Source: Eledone cirrhosa | Lineage: Eukaryota | Assembly: GCA_964016885.1 (NCBI GenBank) | Contig: OZ024741.1 | Span: 147,002,001 to 147,066,000, forward strand | DNA: 64,000 nucleotides | Direction: 5' to 3' | Part shown: one piece after another, positions 1 to 13,278 of the stretch | Position numbering within the stretch: position 1 is the stretch's first letter | Layout of the letters: each line of letters begins with the position of its first letter | The notes under the pieces: generated by a model | Database searches by the model: none | Told to the model about the DNA's origin: nothing | Seen by the model: the letters and a program-made list of their open reading frames with translations, nothing else | Program-made: the position numbers and the translations under genes

Positions 1-169
1 AGTAATTTATAATATTAAAACAAAATAAGAAGAAAAGCACTGCAAAGAAAACAAATGGAATTAAGATAAACTATTTTCATTTAAGTGGTTTGAAATTGTT
101 ATTTTAGAATAATGTGAGAGTTTGATTTCAGCAGACCCATAATATGATTCATTTGACATTTTAGCTGCC

Positions 170-470
170 ATCACAAAAGTCATGTGACTTTGAGGTTATA
201 AGTTCAATTCCCAGTGGCATATTATGTCCTTGAGCAAGACCCTTTATTTCATGTTGCTTTAATACACTCTGATGGAAAAAATGAGTTGTAACTATAATTG
301 AAAGGGACAGCTTTGTCACACACTGTGGCACACTGAATTTCCTTCAGAATTACATTAACGGTGTTAGATATATTTGGAGAATCCTCAGTTATTTGTTCAT
401 TAATTTCATGAGCAGATTGTTCCATTAATCAAACAATTGGGAAACTCAACATCAGAACCAATAGAGGTCC
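170..470 (+). mobile_element. Degenerate tRNA-derived CORE-like SINE (family also at 20500-20825, 39640-39985, 60030-60340)
   Basis: B-box-like AGTTCAATTCC, CORE-like TGTCCTTGAGCAAGAC-CTTTATTTCA, and a 3' block (TTAATTTCATGAGCAG..TGTTCCATT) shared with the other copies. Boundaries approximate. Confidence 0.6.
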
Positions 471-704
471 AACAACAATTGTTGCATGGCTTACATTGGG
501 AAATGTTTCTCCAAGATTTAACATCTTAAGTACCAAACTGTCTGAAACCCTCATTGTTAAAGTGTTCATATTTAAATTCAAATTTTGGACTGAAATCCTA
601 CAAGGAAAATAATGTTAGATTTCAATAGTTTATATTTGTCTTTTATTATGTTAGATATTAATTATTGCATTTAACTGTTCATAATAATTGATTATTTTGA
701 TGAT

Positions 705-900
705 TAACCTTTTCAATGCCAACCACATGAGACTGCTGAGGATTCTATGATATATAATTTCTCATTTTACATTGATTATATTTAAATATAAAATTTCCTT
801 CATAATTTTATGTGAGATCATTTTGTTGTGTTTCAAACACAGTTTTGGAATGCAATGGCAGTATACATTTTTGTTGAAAAGCTGGTAATAAAAGGGTGAA
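705..900. mobile_element. TTAA-flanked piggyBac-like MITE, degenerate (related copies near 4681-5710, 14095-14330, 38950-39450)
   Basis: Starts TTAACCTTTTCAATGCC, ends GGTAATAAAAGGGT; internal blocks shared with other copies in the window. Confidence 0.5.
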
Positions 901-1064
901 TTAATAAAATATGCAGCTGTTATGTGAAAGATTATATAGAGTTTGATTAGGGAGATTTAGTTGTTGCACTGTACAGAGTGAACAACTCAGTAGAACCTCC
1001 CTCATTGGTTCATATAGTTTATGTTCAGACATAATCACTGCAGATCAACCATAGACTCTTTCGG

Positions 1065-1715
1065 CCTCCACCTGCTTTCCTGCCACTACAGTGCCGGTTG
1101 CCTTCTATAGCATGCTGCTCTCAACAAAGTCATAAAGCATGGATTGGATGCTGCAGGCTTACCCTCCCAGCTCAAGTCAGTGGGGCTGAACCAATGGGAT
1201 GGCAAAAGGACAGATGGCATGACCATCTTCTCATTCCGCAGTGGTAAACACCTCATCTGGGATGCTACATGAAGCGACACATTCTCCAGTGGCAACCTGG
1301 TGCAGTCTGCAACTAACTTAGACTCTGCTGCACTTCGGGTTAAGGAGGGTAAACTCTCCAAATATCAGTCACTCTCTGAGAGGTTTGCAGTCGAGCCCGT
1401 ACCAATGGAGACTTCTGATGTCCCTGGCCCTAGGGCCACCTCCCTACTCACCACCATCAACGCAGAGCTTGCTAGCTGCAGATGTGAGCCTCACAAGCTG
1501 GAATGGCTCTTCCAGTGCATCTCCCTCACTATCCAGCAGGGAAATGCCTTCTTTATTCTGTCAGCCGGGGCCGTGGGGCAGTCAGCACATGGGACCCCAT
1601 TTGCTCATAATAGTGAGAGATGGGGAGGGCAGGAGGGATCGAAGCAATGACAATGGGAGTTTTGTTCCTCTGTATTCAGAGATGGTGTACATGTGGTGTG
1701 TGTAATAAATAAAAT
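1065..1715 (+). mobile_element. 3' fragment of a CRE-like non-LTR retrotransposon (restriction-like endonuclease), degenerate
   Basis: Translation gives HAALNKVIKHGLDAAG..DGKRTDG..LIWDAT..K.SKY..P.PMET..LFQCISLTIQQGNA, matching CRE-type RPDG/WD/KY/QRGNA motifs; in-frame stops; AATAAA near 1705. Confidence 0.7.
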
Positions 1716-1734
1716 TATGTATATTTATATGACT

Positions 1735-3385
1735 AAACTGGAGAAATGTGAAATAAAAGCAGTTTGGATTTGTGCCAGGTAAAAGCACCACAGATGCTCT
1801 CTTTCTTGTGAAGCAGATACCGGAGAAGTACCTAACTAAAAGTAAGCCACACTACCTGGCATTTGTTGATCTGGAGAAAGCCTTCATAGAAAACTAGGAA
1901 TAGATGAGTGGCTTGTGAATCCTGTACAAACCATGTATAGGGGAACAGTCAACAAAGTTAGGATTAACAGCAACTATTGTGAAGAATTTAGCATGCATGT
2001 TGGTGTCCACCAGGGCTCTGTTCTTAGCCCTCTCCTGTTTATTATCGTATTGCAGGCTCTCCTGGGAACTCCTGTACATGGATGATTTACGCTCATAGCT
2101 GAGTCTATGGCAGAGTTAGAAAAGAAATTCCAAATCAGGAATCATGGTCTAGAAACAAAGGGTCTTAAAGTCAACCTGAGAAAGACTAAGGTCATAGTAA
2201 GTAGAAGTTGGGGAAATGGCCTTACTCAGTGTGTAGGAAAGGTGTAGGTAGAAATTTCATTCTCCATCCCAAATGCAAGCAATGGGTACATAAGAGATGT
2301 AGTGGGATCTCAGGGAGTTTAGCTAAGAATATAGGTTTTACAAGTAGCAGTTGCACCGGAGCAGTAAGCAGCAAATGACCACAGGAAACAAGCTCTATCA
2401 AATTCTAGGGAGGCTCGGTAGAAGCGGTAGACAGCTTCTACTACTTGGGTGACCAAATTAGCAGTGGGGGTGGGTGTTCCGAAAGTATAGTAGCCAGAGT
2501 GAGAATGGAATGGAAGAAGCTCAGGGAACTACTATCACTGCTAGATACAAAAGGCTTTTCCATCAAAATGAATGGTATACTGTATGATTCATGCATACAA
2601 AGAGCAATGTTGCATGGTAGTGAGGCATGGGCGCTGTATATAGAGAACTTGCAAAGATTGAAAAGAAATGAAGCTCGCATGCTTCGATGGATGTGTAATA
2701 GTAATATACATGAACAGCAAAGCATAAACAAACTGAGAGAGAAACTAGGCATAAGAGGAATCAGATGCAGTGTGCAGGAAAGTAGACTGCGTTGGTATGG
2801 ACATGTGATACAATATAAATATGACAGCTGTATAAAAAGACTTGGAGCACTCAAAATTGATGGAAGCCATGGTGTAGGAAGACCCAGGAAGACTTGTACA
2901 ATTGCACTTCTCACAGGACTGAGATCTCTGGCATTATGCAGTAATACAGAAGACCCAACTCTTCGTGAGCATAAGCTGAAGCACACATACAGTATTCACC
3001 ACCTTGACTTCCACTCCACCCCCTTCCATAAAACTGTCATGAGCACAGGCTGGAGCATACATCTAGTGTGCACCACCTTCACCTCCACCTCCTTCCATTT
3101 ACCTCCCACACACCCATATACCCAACTCACCAATCCCCACGCACCTCTTTCACCAATGTCCCCAGCCATCACTGTAAAGTGGTCATGTAAGTGTCATGAC
3201 AAAAAAGCACCCAGCCCACACTGTAAATTTGGTTGGCGTTAGGAAGGGCATCCAGATATAGAAACCAAGCCCAAACCACTTTGTATGAGCAAGGCATGGT
3301 CACCTGATCTGGCATTTCTCACAATTCGTCTAACCCATGCTAGCGTGGAAAAATGGACGTTAAATGGTGATGATGATGATATATA
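1735..3385 (+). mobile_element. RTE-clade LINE, 5'-truncated and degenerate (RT, 3' UTR, (GAT)n tail)
   Basis: [45 protein letters not shown] motifs with frameshifts; tail GATGATGAT then (AT)n. Confidence 0.9.
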
Positions 3386-4741
3386 TATATATACACACAC
3401 AGTACTATCTGCTCTAATTGTATGTTATGGCTAATAGTTACAGTACAAACCAGTGAATGAAAGGTTGTCATGCACTCACCCACATACTCCATTCATCCAC
3501 TCTGCCTCCCTGGTGTGTAGAACCCCAGGTTTATTCCACTTCAAATCCCATTTGACAGAACAGAAAACGTGTTACCTCAGAGGATAGTGAACAATATGCA
3601 CTGAAATAGGGGTAGAATATTTAGTCAGTGCAGAAGATAATAGATAGATGAAAAAACCACCGATGAAGACAGGAGTTACAGATATACTTCAGTATATAGC
3701 AAACAACCAAATGGAAGTGAGCAGGACATTTAATCAGAACAAAGGACAAGAGAGACACAAAAAAGAACAACAAGGTGGATTCTATGCCAGAGAAAGGAGA
3801 GGCAGAAGAGGATATGAAGGAATGGTATTCAATAATACATGATGGTGATCAGAGGCAGTACAGGACTGGTTTTGATAATGAACAGAAAAGAATGGAAGGA
3901 GCTTGAAGAGGAAAATATCCAGCTGTGGACTGTTCTATCCTAATGAGTAAGAAGCAGAGTGGAAGAAGGAGAATTTGTTAACAGAGTAAACATTAGTTAC
4001 AAATATTTTTCTTTATTTCTATTTATTTTGTTTTCTAAAAGTGGTTGGAATGAAATAAAAGTTTAGTATCAGATACCATATTTGCTGCTTCCATGTCTCT
4101 TTTACTTCATTTCAATGAAAATATGAGACTCCTGGGAATGTTTTAGGATTAAAATGGCAATTAAAGTCTTTTAGTGTTGTTTGCAAGTATTGCTTCAATA
4201 ACGAGGTTAATGAATTATGAGCATTTTGTGAAGAAAAAGATAAAAGGAAAAAACAACAAAAAAAAATAAAAATACAAACTAGTGGAGAAAAAGAGCAAAA
4301 TTAAAGTTACAATAAAGGAGATTGGGCTGTGATAATAATGATTTCTTATTTTGGCATGGTGCCTCTGATTTATAGGATTGGAGAAATGGAAGAGCTGTTG
4401 TTGTTTTTCAGTCCTTTTCCAAATGTATTAACATTGTAACTGAAATAATTACAACTGGTAATGAAGGCTACTTTGTTTACTAAGTTTGCCAAGAACGTCC
4501 ACTACACTAAACTACTACAATATCTGCTACCCAAATTAAAATAATTGATTGTTATTCCAAAATCATACACAGATCTTAACTTCGATATTTTGGGAGGCAA
4601 ATTTTGGGGAAATGAACACGTGAAGTAATTCTATTTTAGTTTTAATTTCATCTATTTTTTTTTTAAATCAGAATGATTCTTTAACCTTTTTAATACAAAA
4701 CCATCTGAAACCACCCAAGGCTCTGATATTTTAAAGTGTTT

Positions 4742-5040
4742 ATCATCATCATCATCATCACCATTTTTACGTCCGTTCTTCCATGCTAGCGTAGGTTAGA
4801 CGGGTTGTCCTGTTGTGGGCAGTGTCTGGTCAGCTGACCATGCCTTGCTCATAAAAGAACTGATCTTGGCTTGATTTCTACAGCAGGATGCCCTTCCTAA
4901 CACCAACCTCAATTACAGTGAGTGCTGGGTGCTTTTTTCTGTGGCGCCTACACGTCCACCTTACAGTGTGGGCTGGGTGCTTTTTTGCCGTGGCACCTCC
5001 GTGACCACTTTGCAGTGGGAGAGTGTGGGGGCATATTTTC
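4742..5040 (-). mobile_element. RTE 3' UTR fragment
   Basis: Reverse complement closely matches the 3' UTR at 52245-52540; (CAT)n at left end. Confidence 0.85.
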
Positions 5041-5107
5041 TATTGTTTATATTTATCTAAAACCCTCTAACATAATTTTAGGTTAAATTATGTTCCAAGC
5101 AACAGCG

Positions 5108-5303
5108 TAATAATAATTGTTTCTACTTTTGGCACAAGGCCAGCAATTACCCAGTACATTACTCGTACTTTATTTTATCGACCCCGTAAGGATGAAAGGC
5201 AAAGTTAACCTCGGCGGGATTTGAACTCAGAATGGCAAGGGCCGTAACTCTATGCGTCAAAGCATGGCGTCCAACCCTCTACCGATACTGCCAATCCACT
5301 GCC
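5108..5303 (-). mobile_element. tRNA-derived SINE with (ATT)n tail (family A), full length
   Basis: A box TGGCAGTATCGGTAG, B box GAGTTCAAATCC, body GCCTTTCATCCTTACGGGGTCGATAAAATAAAGTAC, tail GTAGAAACAATTATT. Confidence 0.9.
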
Positions 5304-5994
5304 TAATAATAAGAGAGTTAGTTACATTAATAAGTCACTTTAAATTGTTGGTTATTTTACAAATTAATGGAAAATTACAGGCAGTGTTTTTCATTAGAAA
5401 TATGATGGCTTTGGTTACCTTTAAATTTCAATTTCTTCAAGATTCTTTATTAACTCATTTGTATCAAATTACCTGAAACTGTCCCTCTTTCTATGATACA
5501 AAACTGTTTGTTTTAAAGTGTTTATATTTATCTAAAAATCTTCTGCCATAAATTTGTGCTAACCTCTGTTAAATGTTGTTTCAAACACAAACTTAATAAT
5601 GAGGGAATTAGTTATATTAGTAAATCCCTTAAATTCTCGATTATTTTCAAAATTATTTGATAATTATGAGCAGTGTCTTTCATTAGAAATATGGTAACAA
5701 AAGATTTAACATTTTTCTGTCTCATTATAATACTATTCATCTTGGAAATTGTATTATTTCAGATAAAATACACACCTGTACACTATAATATAATATCAAC
5801 ATCTGGTTTTAAACAGCCTCACAATTTAAATCAATATATAGAAACCTGATGCACTTTTAACAACACAAACACACATGTCAGAGTGTATTTGCTGTTGTTT
5901 AGCTTCAAGGTAACCCTGATCATATTATCAAAGACATTCCAGGAAGGATCATGTTTTGTGGGCATTTTTGTTGTTGTTTTCAGTCAAACATTGT

Positions 5995-6345
5995 ATCATC
6001 ATCATCATCATCATCATCATCATTTTACGTCCGCTTTTCCCTGCTTGCAAGGGTGGGACAGGAACTGATTGTGGCTTGATTTCTACAGCTGGATGCCCTT
6101 CCTAACACCAACCTCATTTACAGTGAGTGCTAGGTGCTTTTTTGCCGTGGCACCTCCCCGACCACTTTGCAGTGGAATGATAGGGATCCCAGTCCCTATC
6201 ATCTCACTTCTACAGCTGAGTAAACTGGAGCAATGTGAAATAAAGTGTCTTGCTCAAGGAAACAACACATCACCCAGTCTGAGAATTGAACTCACAACCT
6301 TTCGATTACAAGACCAATGCTCTAACCACTAAGCCATGTGCCTCC
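5995..6345 (-). mobile_element. tRNA/CORE SINE with RTE-derived tail (family B; resembles the described octopus OR-type SINEs)
   Basis: Head TGGCTTAGTGGTTAGAG..GAGTTCAATTC, CORE-like TCCTTGAGCAAGACACTTTATTTCAC, RTE 3'-UTR block and (GAT)n tail; near-identical copy at 59615-59960. Confidence 0.85.
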
Positions 6346-7286
6346 ACATCTAGTGCTATATTATACAATGTAATTCTTTCTAAAAAGAAAAAGAAACAGT
6401 AGCATATGATTTGAGGGATATTTGATTACTATTTCTGGCATGACTTCCTAGTTGGCTCAAGATTGGATTTATTGAACAAGTTGATTAAATAAAGAGATTC
6501 ACCTAGGTTTCTAGTCTTTATACAAACAAAAAGTCTTTATTACACAATAAAAACAATGATAATGACAGCAACAACAATAATTGCAGTTATGAAAACAATA
6601 ATAACAACAGCAGCAGCAATAACAAAATCATAGGCAGTGTCTTTCATTAAACAATATGTTAATGAAAGGGTTAAAGTGTTTATCTGAAAACCTTCAACTA
6701 TGATTTTATGTAAGAAACTAAGTTATGCTCCTAACACTAACCTAATAATGAGAATGTTAATTATATTATTAAATTCCTCCAAATTCTTGATTATTTTCAA
6801 AGTCGTTGGTATAATCATAGAATATGGCAATAAAAGGATTATTTTATTATATCAAAAATCCATGATTCTGCAGTTATTTCTAAAATCTAGACACACAGAT
6901 AAAAATATTGCACTATGTGTATTGAATTAATTCTCCATGACCAAGTAAATGGTCAAGAGGAAACATTATGCAGCTAGAACTGCATTCATCTGTATTTATG
7001 TACCTATGAAACCCAACACACTGTGAAGAAATCATTGACACACATCTGTGATTTTACATTCAGTTTCCATGATCAGAACATAACAAATATATTAAGTTTT
7101 GCATTAGATCTCAGGGCCATGAAAACAATTTCATTCTTACAGCATTTCTGCATGAGTGAATTTTCTAGATAATGAGGAGTTTCTGATAAATAAAGAACTC
7201 ATCAAGTACACAATAAATACATATAAATGTTTTAGTGTGGGCTTGTAAGCAGACATGTGTGTGTATTTATATTTGTCCATGTATCT

Positions 7287-7319
<33 letters not shown>

Positions 7320-10300
7320 TGCATGCAGGCTTGCATATTTGTAGTTTTGTTTGCATTTGTATGTACTTGTATTTGTGAGTATGAGCATGTGTATATGTTT
7401 CTCTACATTTTTATTAAGTGCTCAAGAATTTATATATGTGTGTACATGTTTGTGCACTCATATATGTTGTATTTGTGTGTATATGTGTGCACTTCTGTGT
7501 ATGTATATATATCAAGTGAGAGAGAGAGAAAGAGAGAGGTGGAGAGAAAGGAAGGAGAAAGAGAGCAGGAAATATAAAAAGAAAGAAAAACTTACAGTCA
7601 TAGTATGGTGGTCTTTATTTCTGTATTGAATGAATGAAGAAAGAAAGCCAAACTCCAAAACAAGCATAAAAGATTAGGAACTTCTATATAGAAGTTTGAA
7701 GATAAGTCAATTCTTTATATAGAGCAATAAGAATTAATATTTCTTTTCATTGGAAATACACTGCTGATAGTAAGTTGGAATAGAGAAGTGAAATCTCGCA
7801 AGACACAGCTTTTACTATCCATTTTAAATATACTATCAAAGGTAGTGAAGAAATAAAAAAAAACATGATTACACTAATCCAGAAATGTTTTGTTGTTGAT
7901 TTTTCAAATGGTGAGGCTAGGTAGTTTCATCCCACATTTCTCATGTTTCAATAGCAATGAAGTGTATATCTTCTACAGTTACAAATATTAGTACCATGAT
8001 TTCTTTACATATTTAATAGTTATTAGGGGAAATGGTAGGCAAACTAGAAGATGATTGAATAGATGCAAAAAAAAAAAAGATGTAGATTTGTTTTTCATCT
8101 AGTATGACTAAAAGATATTACACAACACCATGAGTCTTATACAAATATATATGCATACACACACACACACATTTATGAATATGAGAAATAACCAAAGAAA
8201 CACTAAGAAAATATACATTAATAAATGCCCGAATAACAAAATCCCATGTTTAATCTGAAATATATAAAGTTTTATACATTGAAAGACAGAAAATTGGCAG
8301 TCATTAGAGCACTGGATTAAATGCCACTGGATTTTTGTTCCAGCTCTTTGTGATCTGAGTTCAAATCTCATCAAAGTTAACGTTGCCTTTCATCCTTTCA
8401 GTGTGAATAAATTAACAGACCAGTGCAGTGGATTGGCAGAATTGTTAAAAAGGCAAATGGGAAGCTTTGTTGTATCTATCTGATCCCACCACTTCCTGCA
8501 AGAAGTTGTGACTTGCAGATAATATCAGCAACGGAAAAACCAATGGAAATATAATTTCCAAACAGAGAAAACAATTATTTTAAGTGAAAAGAATGTAGGT
8601 TTAGCTAACCTCTCACAAGGTTAAATATCATTGGAGGTTTCTAGAGTGTTTTACTGTTAAGGATCCCAGTCTTGTCATGAAAAGCAACATGAAATGAAGC
8701 ATCTTGCTCAAGATCACGATGTACCATTTGGTCCAAGAATTGAAGTCATAACCTTGATTGCCAGTTCAACACTCTAACCACTTGGACATACACCTGCACA
8801 TGGATTGGTACCTTTGAGTATTTGTTACATATTCACTGCAGCTACCTTGTTTCTCATATCATTTGAAATAATATTATTTTCTTACTTAGGCACTAAGCCA
8901 ATTTTAGTTTGGCCATTTACAAACTGAGCCAAATACATTACCTTTCATTCTATGTTATATTGATTCTTTACACTGACATAAGGTCAGAAATTTGCCAGCA
9001 AGGATAAGCTTGATAGAATTCACATTAGTATTATTAAACTAAGGTGAATATGCAATATTTATCCTAATAGCCCTGGATGAATGAAAGGCAAAATTGATCA
9101 AAGCAGGATCTGAACATTCCATGACAAAACTAAATACTAAAACTATTACATCAGAGCAAAATCATTTCAACCATTCAAGAATGCATAAAAACTAACTTCA
9201 CTTTACATTTATTTCTTGGTGTCAAAGTTTTCATCGAACTATTTGCAATTTGGTCACTGACAGAGCAATGAAAACTTTGACACTAAGAAGTAAATGATAA
9301 ATGTAATGGGAAGTTACCAGTTTCTGAGTGATTTTTGATTGGCTAAACTGAATCTTTGTGATGTAATTACTTTAGTTTCAACACAGTGTCTCAGATGAAG
9401 TCACTTGCCAGACATGTACAATGGCAAAATAAAAACAATTACTTTAATCACATGCTTAACCATTTTAATTACTCTGAAGAGCTGTTGATGGTTGATTTAG
9501 TAGGATCAGTTTACAAACGAAAGACATAAGGGCTAACACAACATCTTGCAATGATTTAGCAGAAAATATCTAAAATCTGGTTTATTAATTCACATGTTTA
9601 TAACATCTTTACTAGTGTGATGACATTTGTGAAAGTTTGCAGTATTAGACTTGAAAATTTGAATGGGATGCAGTCATTGTGCAGCTTTGTACTTTTGAAG
9701 AATGTCTTGCTAATGGTGTTTCGATTGGCAGAGGACGTTATGTGTTAACAATTTTGCTTGATTATTGGTATTTAGAATAGCATAATCTATAGAATTTCAA
9801 CAAAGTGCCTTTCAGTATTTAGTTATGTCTCTTTCGGTTTTGAGTTCCAATCCCTCTGAGGCTGGCCCTGCATTTTATCTATCCAGGAACAGTAAAATAA
9901 ATTGAAGAACTAGACTTGATATAGTTGACTAGGTGTGTTATATGTTGACATTTATTGGTCTTGGGCTAAATATGATGATGATGATGATGATGAAATAATC
10001 TTGACAATGACGAAATCATCTTGATTATGATAGGAATACCTTGATTATGGAATCCTGATGATAATGATGTTCATGGTCATAATGCTGCTGCTGTTGATGA
10101 TGATGATGATAATGATGCTGGTGAAGAAGATGAAATCATCATCATTATGATTGATATCAGGATTCGTATTGTGATCATCATCATCCCAGTGATGACAATG
10201 TCAACAAAAATTATTGTTTTCAGTCTAATAGGAAATTATGCACTAAATATATAATTGAATGTTTTCATTAAGAGCTGTCTAAACGAATGCCAGTCTTTAT

Positions 10301-10913
10301 CATTTGTGTGTGTGTATCTGATGCATGCTTCTGTACACATGTATGTATGAACGTATATGTCAATGTGTGTGTGTATTTTTGCTGAAAATATCTTTCAAAT
10401 CAGATAAGATCTTTGTTTACGATAGTAAAAGTTACTGCAAACTTATTAGCAAAGAAAAAAAAAACAATGATTAGAGAGATGAGATATATGGGAAAATAAT
10501 TAACAGGATGTCGGATTTGGAAGATGTCCAAACTAACCATACGCCAGTATCTAATAAATATCTGTAATTATTTGTAAATAACTATTGAGCTATGAGATTG
10601 TCTGAAGAGCCACTGAAACTTTCTACATTTGGCAGTAATAAGAGCAGACGTATATTTTCTGCTATTAGTCATCTGCTTAGGTGTAAGATTTTAATATAAA
10701 ATATTTATTAATTTACATTCGTTTCATTTTTCTTTATTGGCTGCTAACTGTCAATGAAGGAACAGTAAATTCCTAGAATTTAATAAAATCAATGTTATAG
10801 GTCAACTTCAAAGCATTTCAAATACATTTTCCTTTTAATATTATATTTTATTATATTACATCATATATCTATTTTCATAGTATTATTTTGTCAACTTTGG
10901 AAGCATGTGTGTG

Positions 10914-10916
<3 letters not shown>

Positions 10917-10981
<65 letters not shown>

Positions 10982-11005
10982 TATGTATATATATGTACAT
11001 ATATG
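10917..11005. repeat. (TA)n microsatellite
   Basis: Direct observation; abuts the (CAT)n tail of the next RTE. Confidence 0.95.
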
Positions 11006-11006
11006 T

Positions 11007-11045
<39 letters not shown>

Positions 11046-12787
11046 GTTTAACGTCCATCTTCCACGCTTGCATGGGTTTGGACGGGAGTTTTCCCACTTG
11101 AGGCAAGAGTGGTTGTCTTGCTCGCATAGGACTGTCTGGCGGGTTTTCTACGGCTGGATGCCCTTCCTAACACCAACCACGTTTACAGTGTGGACTGGGA
11201 GGTTTTTACCATGTTACCTACATGGCCACATTACAGCGTGGACTGTGTGTTTTTTTGCCGTGACACCTACACGACCTCATTTGTTTCGGACTGGATGTTG
11301 TGATGCCAACATAACTTTACATTGAAAGGGGTGGTGTGGATGGGGTGGGGGTAGTGGGACAGGGTTGTATTTTGTTAGAGGTGCCTACTGACTGTAGTAG
11401 GTTTTACTATGTATTTAGGTAAGGCGGGTCTTCTCTATTACTGAGTACCGCCAAAGGTCTCGGTCCAGTGACATTGTCTTGGAGAGGTGTAAGTGTGTGA
11501 GGTCGGAGTTTATCAGCTCGTCCCAGGTTTTTCTAGGTCTGCCTATTCCGTGGCTACCGTCTATCTTTATTGCCCTGCACTTTGTTATACAGCTATCGAC
11601 TTTCATGCGCATCACGTGTCCATACCAACGTAGCCTTCTCTCGAGTAAACAACATCTGATCCCTCTTATTTCTAATTTTTTCCTTAGATCGTTTATGCTT
11701 TGCCGTTCACGTATATTACTATTACACATCCAGCGGAGCATGCAAGCTTCGTTCCTCACCAGTCTGCGTATATCCTCTGCACACAATGCCCAGGTCTCAC
11801 TGCCATGTAATATTGCTGTTCGTATGCAGGCATCATACAGCCTGCCTTTCATTTTTAGGGAGAACCCTTTAGCGGCTAATAGTGGTATAAGCCCTCTGAA
11901 CTTTTTCGATCCAGTTCTGACTCTAGCTACTATACTTTCAGACACCCTCCCCCACTGCTGATTTTGTCACCAAGTAACAGAAGGTGTCCACTATTTCTAT
12001 AGAACCATCTGTGCAATGGAATGAGCTAGTATTCTGTATGCACTTGCTGCTACTTATTGCACCAGAGCACCGGCCACATATAAAATCTATGTTCTTAGTT
12101 AGCTTACCTGTGATCCCACTACATCTTTTATGCACCCATACTTTGCATTTGGGACATAAAATGGAGTTTCTACCTACTCCTTTCCTACACACTGAGCATG
12201 GCCATTTCCCAGATGGGACCGGTGCCCTATTTTCCTTCCTACAAACTAGAACTTTAGTCTTAGACAGGTTAATTTTAAGGCCTATTGATTCTAGGTCATG
12301 CTTCCATGTTTGGAATTTCTTCTCTAGTACGGCCATTGATTCAGCTATGAGCTTTAGATCATCTGCGTATAGGAGTTCCCATGGGCAGCCGGTCTTGAAC
12401 TCCATTGTTATAGCCTCAAGGGCAATAATAAATAGTAGGGGGCTAAGAACGGATCCCTGATGAACACCAACTTTTACGCTAAAATCTTCACTATATTCGT
12501 TGTTAATTCTAACCTTACTGACTGTTTCTTTATACAAGGCTTGCATAGCTCTCACAAGCCATTCATCAACACATAGTTTTCTAAGAGCCCACCAGATAAT
12601 GGAGAGGGGAACTCTGTCGAAGGCTTTCTCCAAATTGACAAAAGCTAAGTATAGGGGTTTACTTTTAGCTAGGTACTTCTCTTGTAGTTGTCGTACAATG
12701 AAAAGAGCGTCTGTGGTACTTTTACCTGACACAAATCCGAACTGCATTTCATGTAGATCAATTCTCTCTCTGACTAGTTGTGCTATT
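11006..12787 (-). mobile_element. RTE LINE, 5'-truncated, relatively young (RT, PHD-like finger, 3' UTR)
   Basis: ORFs 11938-13110 and 11415-11945 give [51 protein letters not shown] with one frameshift; (TA)n on both sides. Confidence 0.95.
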
Positions 12788-13004
12788 ATATATATATACA
12801 TATATATGTATGTATATATATATATGTAAATATATATATACATATATATATATATATGTATATATATATATGTATATATATACACATATATGTATATATA
12901 TGTATATATATATGTATATATATGTATGTATATATATATATATATATATGTATATGTATATATGTATATATATGTATATATATATGTATATATATATACA
13001 TATA

Positions 13005-13048
<44 letters not shown>

Positions 13049-13089
13049 TGTATGTATGTATGTGTATATATATATACATATATGTATAT
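12788..13089. repeat. Compound (TA)/(TATG) microsatellite, about 300 bp
   Basis: Direct observation. Confidence 0.95.
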
Positions 13090-13278
13090 AATTGTTTCTA
13101 CTATAGGCACAAGGCCAGCAATTACCCAGTGTATTACTGGTACTTTATTTTATCGACCGCGTAAGGATGAAAGGCAAAGTTAACCTCGGCGGGATTTGAA
13201 CTCAGAATGGCAAAGGCCGTAACTCTATGCGTCAAAGCATGGCGTCCAACCCTCTACCGATACTGCCAATCCACCGCC
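13089..13278 (-). mobile_element. SINE family A, full length
   Basis: Near-identical to 5108-5303. Confidence 0.9.

Noticed and set aside
5108-6345. tRNA genes
   Set aside because: The A and B boxes belong to multi-copy SINE heads; no full cloverleaf.
9470-10660. CUGAAGA motifs at about 9474 and 10602 as hammerheads
   Set aside because: Helix closure or the GAAA spacing fails; too decayed to support.
11938-13183. Long Y/I-rich ORFs and the N-terminus of the 390-aa ORF
   Set aside because: Read-through of TA microsatellite; only the RT portion is meaningful. The same applies to ORFs at 7137-7629, 10888-11101 and 44339-44948.
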